32,000 nt of DNA from Mucisphaera calidilacus (GTDB lineage: Bacteria > Planctomycetota > Phycisphaerae > Phycisphaerales > Phycisphaeraceae). The notes under the pieces are model-generated. The model did not search any database, had not been told where the DNA came from, and was given only the letters and a program-made list of their open reading frames with translations. Shown in pieces: positions 20,497 through 27,117 of the stretch. Position numbers and translations under genes: made by a program. How positions within the stretch are numbered: the first letter of the stretch is position 1; each line of letters starts with the position of its first letter. The stretch covers positions 1,560,001-1,592,000 of the forward strand of contig NZ_CP036280.1 of NCBI RefSeq assembly GCF_007748075.1, given 5' to 3'.

Positions 20497-21675
20497 TCAG
20501 GCTCGTCGTGTCATGCCGGCGAGGCCGAGTGCGAGGAGCGCGACAGCTGCGGGCTCGGGGACGCTGTTGGAGTTCTCGAAGTTGGCTGCGAGGATGGAGA
20601 GGTCGAGGAGGTTGACGCCCGCGTCGCCGTTGAAGTCGCCGTCGGCCCATCCACCGGCTGCGTCGAAGTTGGACGCGAGGGAGGAGAGGTCGAGGAGGTT
20701 GACGGATTCGTCGAGGTTGGCGTCGCCGAGGAAGGTTCCGAGGTTAACGGTGACAAATTCGTTGAGGTCGTCGACGTCGACGAGGCCGGAGCCGTCGATA
20801 TCGAGTTTGGGATCGGTGGTGCCGAATCCGGCGGCGATGGTGTCGATGTCGGCTGCGTCGACGACGCCGTCGCCGTTGAGGTCGTTGGGGATGCCGACGC
20901 CGGGCTCGCCGATGACGTCGATTTCCCAGACGAGGGGAGCGACGACGGCGCGGTTGAGTTCGTCATCGATGCCGGTGTAGGGGTTTTCGCCCTCGAAGGG
21001 GTCGCGGTACTGTCCCTGCGTGTTGTCGACGGCGTAGAAGTCGAAGCGGAGGTTGGTGACACCGCTGGCGAGGGGGCCCTGCTCGCTGTCGGTGATCTCG
21101 ACGAAGGTGGACTTCCAGCCGTTGTCGCCTGTCGCGTTGTTGAGTGTTCCGAGGGGGTCGGACTCGAAGTATCCGAGTTGTTCGAAGGAGGCCCCGTCGT
21201 CGGTGGAGTAGAAGATCATGGTGGTCGAGAAGACTCGGCCGTCGGCGTTGTTGTTGTTGCCGGTGAGGATGTTGATCTGGTTGATGATGGAGGGCTCGTC
21301 GAGGTCGAACTGGACGAGTTTGGTGGGGACGCCGGTGGTGGCTTCTTCGCCGCCGGGGTAGTCGTTGAGGAGGCCGTAGAAGGGGTCACTGCCGACGCCG
21401 TTGGTGCCGTCGGTGAATGCCGGGAGTCCGGAGGACCATTCGGATCCGAAGGTTGAGGCGAGGTTGACGGGGTGCCAGCCGTTGTCGCTCCAGGTGGTGC
21501 CGTCGAGTCCTTCGATGTCGGAGAGCTCGGTGCCGATTTTGCCGGCGATGAGGTCGTCGGTGGCGAGTTGGGCGTCGAAGGCGAAGGCGCTGGTGTCGTG
21601 GCTTGTGGTGGCCATGGGGACGGCGAGCGCGGGTGTCGCGGCGAGGCAGCAGGCGAGCAGAGCGTTGCGAAGCAT
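20497..21675 (-). CDS. PEP-CTERM-anchored secreted protein: uncharacterised conserved domain (paralog of 14536-15264) plus dockerin-type repeats
   Basis: Preferred ATG 21675 preceded by AGGAGG (the GTG at 21711 is less likely). Signal peptide MLRNALLACCLAATPALA. Dockerin loops DLNGDGVVDAADID, DIDGSGLVDVDDL, DANLDESVNLLDL and DGDFNGDAGVNLLDL. Tail VPEPAAVALLALGLAGMTRRA. Confidence 0.75.
   Translation of the reverse strand: MLRNALLACCLAATPALAVPMATTSHDTSAFAFDAQLATDDLIAGKIGTELSDIEGLDGTTWSDNGWHPVNLASTFGSEWSSGLPAFTDGTNGVGSDPFYGLLNDYPGGEEATTGVPTKLVQFDLDEPSIINQINILTGNNNNADGRVFSTTMIFYSTDDGASFEQLGYFESDPLGTLNNATGDNGWKSTFVEITDSEQGPLASGVTNLRFDFYAVDNTQGQYRDPFEGENPYTGIDDELNRAVVAPLVWEIDVIGEPGVGIPNDLNGDGVVDAADIDTIAAGFGTTDPKLDIDGSGLVDVDDLNEFVTVNLGTFLGDANLDESVNLLDLSSLASNFDAAGGWADGDFNGDAGVNLLDLSILAANFENSNSVPEPAAVALLALGLAGMTRRA
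20500..20895 (-). other. Dockerin-repeat plus PEP-CTERM C-terminal cassette (copy 2)
   Basis: See copy 1. Matching blocks are GDANLDESVNLLDLSSLASNFDAAGGWADGDFNGDAGVNLLDLSILAANF...VPEP here and GDATLDGVVDLLDLSALAANFYKTGGWADGDFNGFGGVDLNDLSIIASNW...VPEP in copy 1. Confidence 0.7.
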
Positions 21676-22016
21676 CGTGATTCCTCCTGAGCGGTCTGGG
21701 CGTGATCTCACAGAGACTGGAAGGCGTGCTGACGTGGCACGCGCGGGATTTACGAATCAAGCGTAATTCAGTGTAATCCATAAAGTGGGCGTGTCACGCG
21801 AGAAAACCAGAAAATTAACATATCTACCCTTTTTTCAACGTGTTGCATCAATGTGATGCGCGCCATTTACCTGATTTTCGGTAGATGTTTCGCCTGACGG
21901 GTCAGTTGAGGTATGGATGAATGAATGCGCAACTCTGACTCAGATGCGCGATTGATCAGTGGATGCTGCACAGGCTCGGGCGTGGGTCGTGAGATTTTGG
22001 TGTGCCGGACGGAGGC
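21676..22016 (-). promoter_or_regulatory. AT-rich intergenic region: promoter/leader of 20497-21675 and 3' end of the corrinoid operon
   Basis: 341-nt gap. Contains TGAATGCGCAAC (21922-21933), GATGCGCG twice (21855-21862 and 21943-21950), and the palindromes gcatca-atg-tgatgc (21845-21859), gcgtg-t-cacgc (21789-21799) and gcgtgc-N7-gcacgc (21724-21742). Confidence 0.4.
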
Positions 22017-23117
22017 CTACGCTGAGGATGCTTTGACGAGGGTGTTTTCGGGGATCGGCTCGTCGGGGTAGGACTTGATGGTCTCGATCATGCGGCAGTA
22101 GTTCTCGATGCGGACGTAGTCGGGGACGGTGTTGGAGATGCCGGGGATGTAGCCGCCGTGGGTGTTGAGCGTGTCGATTCGGTTGCGGACGGCGGCTTCG
22201 ACCTGATCGGGTGTGCCGCGAGCCATGAGGTCGAGGTCGATGTTGCCGAGGAGACAGAACCGTCCGGGCCAGCCTTTCTGGATTTCGAGGGGGTCCATGG
22301 ACTTGGGTTCGAGGGGCTGGATGCCCTTGACGCCGATGGCGGCTAGGTCGTCGAAGACGTCGTAGAGCTTGCCGTCGGAGTGGTAGATGAGGGGGAGGTT
22401 GCGAGCTTTGGCGCGGTTGATGAGTCGGGCGATGTGGGGGAAGAGGTTCTCGCGGAAGAAGTCGGGTGAGAGCATGAGGCCTTCGGTGTAGGCAATGTCG
22501 TCGGAGTAGAGCACGGCTCCGGCGCGGTCGCCGACGCGTTCGAGGATAGCCTGGAAGGCGTTTTCGATGGCGGCGGCAAGCGAGCCCATGACGTCCTCGA
22601 TCCACTCGGGCTGTTCGATGCTGGCGAAGCAGAAGGCGTCGAAGCCGATCATCTCCCAGGAGAAGGTGAAGATGTCGGCAATGTGGACGAGGAGTTTCGT
22701 GTTGGGGGGCGTTGCCTCGGCCATCTGTTCGATGAAGTCGAGGGTGTCGCTGATGGCGTCGAGTTTGCCTTCGGCCATGTCGTGCCAGCTCCATCGTCTG
22801 GCTTTGTAGGTGTCGTAGTCGGGCATGACGCCTGCGCCGGAGTGGGTGTCGGCGCCGGCGGCGAGTCGCTGCCGGTCCTGATGCTCGTAGAGCTCGGTCA
22901 TGGGTGGGTAGAGTTTGGCCTGGACGTAGTCGTAGCCGCAGAGGCGGAAGACCTCGACCTCGTCGGCGGGCGAGACGCAGGGCCTGCCGAGGATCTCGGA
23001 GCGGTGCGTGATGTCGATGTGGAAGTCGAACTGCGGGGGTCGCGTCCATGCCTTGCGGAGCAGGAGGGTGTCGAGGAAGCGGTTGAAGTCGGGTTCGTGG
23101 TTGATGTCGGGTCGCAT
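22017..23117 (-). CDS. URO-D (uroporphyrinogen decarboxylase)-superfamily protein, MtaA/CmuA-like methyltransferase candidate (not HemE)
   Basis: 366 aa. Family-typical C-terminal half LPLIYHSDGKLYDVFDDLAAIGVKGIQPLEP, LLGNIDLDLMARGTPDQV and GGYIPGISNTVP. Lacks the HemE PxWxMRQAGR N-terminal signature. Last gene of the corrinoid operon. Confidence 0.75.
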   Translation of the reverse strand: MRPDINHEPDFNRFLDTLLLRKAWTRPPQFDFHIDITHRSEILGRPCVSPADEVEVFRLCGYDYVQAKLYPPMTELYEHQDRQRLAAGADTHSGAGVMPDYDTYKARRWSWHDMAEGKLDAISDTLDFIEQMAEATPPNTKLLVHIADIFTFSWEMIGFDAFCFASIEQPEWIEDVMGSLAAAIENAFQAILERVGDRAGAVLYSDDIAYTEGLMLSPDFFRENLFPHIARLINRAKARNLPLIYHSDGKLYDVFDDLAAIGVKGIQPLEPKSMDPLEIQKGWPGRFCLLGNIDLDLMARGTPDQVEAAVRNRIDTLNTHGGYIPGISNTVPDYVRIENYCRMIETIKSYPDEPIPENTLVKASSA

Positions 23118-23130
23118 GGTGTTTCCGGTA

Positions 23131-24066
23131 TCAGGCTGCGTTGGCGCTGAGCAGGTGCTTGTTCTGGAGGAGTAGGGTCTGTACGGCGTCTCGCTGGCTG
23201 GCGGGTCCGATGATCACGAGTTGGGAATCGGGGTTTTCGGTGTTGGCGGGCTTCCATCGGACGCGGTCGGCGGCGATGTCGACGAAGAGGTGCTGGTTGT
23301 CGAGTAAGACAAAGCCCTTGGCGCGGTAGATGTGGTTGCGGAGGGTGTTGAGGAAGGCGTTGAGTTCATCCCGCGAGCGTGCGGGGTTGACGTGGATGAT
23401 CCAGCGTTCGTAGTTGGTGTCGGCGCAGGTGGCGTACTCGCCTTCGACGGAGGTGTGTGTTGTGTCGGGCTTTTGGAACGGGTTGATGTCGGTATTGCCG
23501 AAGCTGGCGCGGCGGATATCGAGGCTGGGGTTGATCTCGTGCAGCAGGGCGTGGGTCTGGTCGATCTGATCGGCGGGGTGCTGATCGATCATGGTGATGA
23601 TGGCGGTGTGGGAGGCGGCGATCTGTGCGCGTGTGTTGGGGAGTGTCTTGAGGAGTGTGTTGAGTTTGTCGGGTGCGACGAGGCAGATGGTGTGGGCGAG
23701 GTTGAAGTGCCGGTCGAGCTGGGTTTCGTGGAGCATGCGTTGCGCGACGGAGGGGTCGGCGATACCGCTTGCTTCGACGATGACGCCTTCGAGGGGGCTT
23801 GAGTTGTGCGTGTGCGCGAGGGTGTTCATGACCTCGCGGAACCGAGTGACGAGGCAGGTGCAGAAGATGGATCCGCCGGGGACGGTGACGGCGTTGGGGG
23901 CGTCGGCGAGGAGTCGGCCGTCGATGTCGTGCTGAGAGAACTCGTTGACGACGTAGGCGAGGCGTCGTTCGGCGTGTTTGCGCGCGATAGCGCGCAGGAA
24001 GGTGGTCTTGCCGCTGCCGAGAAACCCGGTGACGAGCGTGAGCGGGATGGTGCCTTGGTCTGTCAT
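23131..24066 (-). CDS. COG0523 / CobW-family G3E P-loop GTPase (metallochaperone-like)
   Basis: Preferred ATG 24066, 7 nt after the upstream stop. The longer ORF to 24171 would overlap the upstream gene and add a Pro/Ser-rich extension. Walker A LVTGFLGSGKTTFL. The metal-motif region reads GGSIFCTCLV. CobW C-terminal-like domain present. Confidence 0.85.
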   Translation of the reverse strand: MTDQGTIPLTLVTGFLGSGKTTFLRAIARKHAERRLAYVVNEFSQHDIDGRLLADAPNAVTVPGGSIFCTCLVTRFREVMNTLAHTHNSSPLEGVIVEASGIADPSVAQRMLHETQLDRHFNLAHTICLVAPDKLNTLLKTLPNTRAQIAASHTAIITMIDQHPADQIDQTHALLHEINPSLDIRRASFGNTDINPFQKPDTTHTSVEGEYATCADTNYERWIIHVNPARSRDELNAFLNTLRNHIYRAKGFVLLDNQHLFVDIAADRVRWKPANTENPDSQLVIIGPASQRDAVQTLLLQNKHLLSANAA

Positions 24067-24073
24067 TCGGCGT

Positions 24074-25468
24074 TCAGGCGTTGGCGGTCTGTTTCTCGTC
24101 GAGACGTCGTGCGATCCGGTCGGCGAGTGTCTTGGTGTCGGGGATGACGGAGGCGAAGGCGAGTTCGCCATCGATGCAGATGGAGGGGAGTGCGCCGACG
24201 TTGAGTCGGCTCATCATGCCGACGCCCTGGCGTGTGGTGATCTTGTGCTCGCGGATGACGACAGGGGTGTCTTCGGGGAAGCGTGAGCGTGCGTCCGTGG
24301 CGGCGGCGAACATGTACTGGCAGGGAGCGCAGGAGGCGGAGTCGAGGGTGATGACGTCGACGGTGACCTGTGCGGGGTCGTTGTAGTCGGGGAGTTGGAT
24401 GTCGGCGAAGTCGTCGGCGTCCTTGTCGGCGAGGGTTCGTGCGACGTCGCGTTGGTAGGGGTCGTGGACGAGTTCGGCGACGGCCTGGAGGTTCTCGGGC
24501 TTGACGTCGTAGGGTAGGTCGCAGCCGGGAGCGAGGATGAAGCCTGAGTCGCCGGCGGTGTCGATGCAGTGGATGGCGTCGCGTTTTGCGTCGTCGGTGT
24601 CGCCCATGAGGAGGACGACGGTGAGTTTGAGGTTTCCGCCGAAGCTCTTGTTGTTGGGGACGGTGAGTTCGCGGATGGTGTTGAGGTCGATCTGTTCGTC
24701 GATGGAGACGTTGTCGCAGGCGGTGGCTGCCATGACTTCAAGGTTGCGTGTGGCGTCGCCACAGACGAAGAGTGATGAGAGACCGCCCTTCTCGCGGATG
24801 TGGCTGAAGAGGTCGTTGAGTGAGGGTGCGACGAATTGCTCGAAGTGTTCGGGGCTGATCTGGGAGGTCATGGGGTCGACAACGGCGATGATGTCGGCGC
24901 CGTTTTCGAGGTAGCGGGAGGCGACCTGTTTGGCGATGTCGGTGCAGTGTGCCATGGTCTTGAGGACGAGTTCTTCGTCGTCGAACATCTGGAGGAAGAG
25001 GTCGGTCCCCATGAGGTGTGAGGTGAGGGTGAAGGGTCCTGTGAGGAGGCCGTAGAGGGCGAGCTGGTCGCCGAACGTGTGGCGCATGCGTCGTGTGGCC
25101 TCCCAGACGATGGGGAATCGTCCGGCGTCGGTCGAGAAGGCGGGGAGGTCTTCGAGGCTGGCGCCCGGGCCTTCCATAGCGCTCATGGGGTGTGAGGTGA
25201 CGGAGGGCGGGGTCTTGTCGGCCCAGTTGAGCTGGCAGCCGAGGACTTCGGCCTCGAGTTGGAGGTCGAAGGCGATGGGCAGGCCGTCGGGGCGGTAGAG
25301 CTCGACGGCTTTGGTGAGGCCCTTGACGATATTGTCGGCGGACTTGAGGTAGTCGGTAGCGGTCTGGTCGATGAGCTTTCCGCCGTGGACGCCTACGAAG
25401 GGCAGCCATGCCGGTCGTGGTGTGTTTTTGCCTGCGATGGCGTCGAGGATGATCTGTTTACCGGTCAT
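24074..25468 (-). CDS. URO-D/MtaA-superfamily methyltransferase candidate fused to a C-terminal thioredoxin-fold (Thioredoxin_3-like, CxxC) domain
   Basis: 464 aa. N-terminal roughly 360 aa URO-D-like: ILDAIAGKNTPRPAWLPFVG, SLFVCGDATRNLEVM, FILAPGCDLPYDVKPENLQAV. The C-terminal roughly 100 aa, VTVDVITLDSASCAPCQYMF...LPSICIDGELAFASVIPDTKTLADRI, match the small CxxC thioredoxin-like family pattern. Confidence 0.8.
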   Translation of the reverse strand: MTGKQIILDAIAGKNTPRPAWLPFVGVHGGKLIDQTATDYLKSADNIVKGLTKAVELYRPDGLPIAFDLQLEAEVLGCQLNWADKTPPSVTSHPMSAMEGPGASLEDLPAFSTDAGRFPIVWEATRRMRHTFGDQLALYGLLTGPFTLTSHLMGTDLFLQMFDDEELVLKTMAHCTDIAKQVASRYLENGADIIAVVDPMTSQISPEHFEQFVAPSLNDLFSHIREKGGLSSLFVCGDATRNLEVMAATACDNVSIDEQIDLNTIRELTVPNNKSFGGNLKLTVVLLMGDTDDAKRDAIHCIDTAGDSGFILAPGCDLPYDVKPENLQAVAELVHDPYQRDVARTLADKDADDFADIQLPDYNDPAQVTVDVITLDSASCAPCQYMFAAATDARSRFPEDTPVVIREHKITTRQGVGMMSRLNVGALPSICIDGELAFASVIPDTKTLADRIARRLDEKQTANA

Positions 25469-25488
25469 GGTGATTACTCTGCGTGGTG

Positions 25489-26118
25489 TCAGGCGTTGAT
25501 GAGGGTGCGGACGGTGTCGACGGCGGAGGCGGCGTCGGGTGCGAAGCCGTTGGCGCCGACTTCGTCGGCGAAGGCCTGGGTGACGGGTGCGCCGCCGATA
25601 ATGACGCTGACGCCTTCGAGTCTGGCCTCGTTGATGGCGTCGATGGTCTTTTTCATGGCGGGCATGGTGGTGGTGAGGAGTGCGGAGAGGCCGACGACGG
25701 TGGCTCCGGATTCCTTGACGGCTTCGACGAATTTTTCGGGGGACACGTTGGTGCCGAGGTCGATGACCTGGAAGCTGGCTCCCTTGAGCATCATGACGAC
25801 GAGGTTCTTGCCGATGTCGTGGAGGTCGCCCTCGACGGTTCCGACGACGGCGGTGGCGAGTGGCTTGTAGCCGGCCTCGACGAGTTTGGGCTCCAGGATG
25901 GCCATGGCTTCTTTCATGGCGCGTGCGGCGATGAGGACTTCGGGGACAAAGATCTGGTTGGCTTTGAAGCGCTGCCCGACGTCGTCCATGCCCTCGATGA
26001 GTGCTTCGAGGATGGTGTTGGGGGAGGTGCCGGCGGCGAGTTCGGTCTCGGTGGAGGCGGTGGCGAGCTTGCGGTCACCCTTTTTGATGGCTTCGGTGAG
26101 GTCGTTGAGTGCGGACAT
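25489..26118 (-). CDS. Corrinoid (cobalamin)-binding protein, MtaC/MtbC-like (B12-binding_2 cap plus B12-binding Rossmann domain)
   Basis: ATG 26118 preceded by AAGGAG; 209 aa. His-on motif VEGDLHDIGKNLV (DxHxxG), downstream GLSALLTTT (SxL) and VIIGGAP (GG). First gene of the minus-strand operon. Confidence 0.95.
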   Translation of the reverse strand: MSALNDLTEAIKKGDRKLATASTETELAAGTSPNTILEALIEGMDDVGQRFKANQIFVPEVLIAARAMKEAMAILEPKLVEAGYKPLATAVVGTVEGDLHDIGKNLVVMMLKGASFQVIDLGTNVSPEKFVEAVKESGATVVGLSALLTTTMPAMKKTIDAINEARLEGVSVIIGGAPVTQAFADEVGANGFAPDAASAVDTVRTLINA

Positions 26119-26364
26119 CGTTGCTCCTTGGCCTTGTGTGGCGCTTGTGTCAGGGGTCTGTGCGTGGCGTCGATTGTACGCGGATCAAGAGACTCACGCG
26201 TCTGTGGTTCGGTAGTATTGTGTACGAAATTGGCGTTTTCAAGAGGTATTTGACATTTATTCTGATAATTACAGTGTTATACTCTGAGGCAGGTGTATCC
26301 CGCCGGTTGTTTTTCGTTCGTGCTGGTTTGTTCGTTGATCAGGAATGACGCCTTGGATGGCAAG
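26119..26364. promoter_or_regulatory. Divergent control region between the corrinoid-protein operon (-) and DUF1638/RACo (+)
   Basis: 246-nt gap with an AT-rich core at about 26221-26290. TTGACA (26250-26255) and TATACT (26278-26283) are present but 22 nt apart, so no canonical promoter is asserted. Confidence 0.4.
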
Positions 26365-27117
26365 ATGCGACATGAGGTGGCGGCGCCGGGCGGGGTTTGG
26401 GTGATCACGTGCGCGGTTCTGGAGCTTGAGGTCGAGGCGATGCTGCGTGACCGGGCTGACGTCGTGGGTGTGACCCGGCTGCCGCAGGGTCTGCACAACG
26501 AGCCGGATCGTCTTCGCGAAGAGCTGCAACTGCGTATCGATGAGGCGGAGACGTGCGCTGGGTGCGGGGTGATCGTTCTGGTTTATGGGTTGTGCAGTCG
26601 GGGTACGGAGGGTTTGCGGACGCGTCGGTGTCGTCTGGTGATCCCGCGTGCGCACGACTGCATCACGCTGCTGCTGGGGTCGAAGGAGCGTTACGCGGCT
26701 TATGTGTCGGAGCACCCGGGGACGTACTGGTATTCGCCGGGGTGGAACGCGCATCATGTTCCGCCCGGGCCGAAGCGGTATGAGCTTCTGCGTCGGGAGT
26801 ATGTCGAGAAGTATGGCGAGGACAACGCGGACTTTCTGATGGAGATGGAGCAGGGTTGGTTCAAGGAGTACAACCGTGCGACATACGTGCACCTGAGTAT
26901 CGGGGCGACGGACGAGGATCGGGCCGAGACGCGTCGCTGTGCGGACTGGCTTGAATGGACGTATGACGAGGTGGCGGGTGATCCGGGGTTGATGGAGGCG
27001 TTGTTGTCGGGCGCGTGGGATGAGGAGCGTTTTCTGGTGCTGGAGCCTGGCGAGGCGTTTGTGATGACGGCGGACGAGCGTGTGATTGAGCGTGTGAAGG
27101 GGGAGGCTTCGTCGTGA
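26365..27117 (+). CDS. DUF1638-family protein (function unknown, recurrently linked to corrinoid methyltransferase genes)
   Basis: Preferred ATG 26365; the upstream 24 codons from 26293 lie in the AT-rich intergenic region. VLELEVEAM, GLHNEPDRLREELQ, VLVYGLCSRG and IPRAHDCITLLLGSKERY resemble DUF1638 conserved blocks (by eye). The stop overlaps the next start (GTGA). Confidence 0.65.
   Translation: MRHEVAAPGGVWVITCAVLELEVEAMLRDRADVVGVTRLPQGLHNEPDRLREELQLRIDEAETCAGCGVIVLVYGLCSRGTEGLRTRRCRLVIPRAHDCITLLLGSKERYAAYVSEHPGTYWYSPGWNAHHVPPGPKRYELLRREYVEKYGEDNADFLMEMEQGWFKEYNRATYVHLSIGATDEDRAETRRCADWLEWTYDEVAGDPGLMEALLSGAWDEERFLVLEPGEAFVMTADERVIERVKGEASS

Noticed and set aside
21901-21915. Small hairpins and tiny ORFs in the 21676-22016 gap (for example cctgac-gg-gtcag and ATG GAT GAA TGA) as a possible sRNA or leader peptide.
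   Set aside because: The stems are 5 bp or shorter with loops too small to form, and the ORF is only three codons. This is not distinguishable from chance without expression or conservation data.
22017-25468. The two URO-D-family genes as genuine uroporphyrinogen decarboxylase (HemE) for haem synthesis.
   Set aside because: Neither has the HemE N-terminal PxWxMRQAGR signature. They are operonic with a corrinoid protein, a COG0523 GTPase and a RACo activase, which is the context of methyltransferases rather than tetrapyrrole biosynthesis.
26119-26364. Possible cobalamin riboswitch or canonical sigma-70 promoter in the divergent region next to the corrinoid genes.
   Set aside because: I found no B12-box-like conserved core by eye. 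The TTGACA (26250-26255) and TATACT (26278-26283) hexamers are 22 nt apart, too far for a canonical promoter. A covariance-model search would be decisive.
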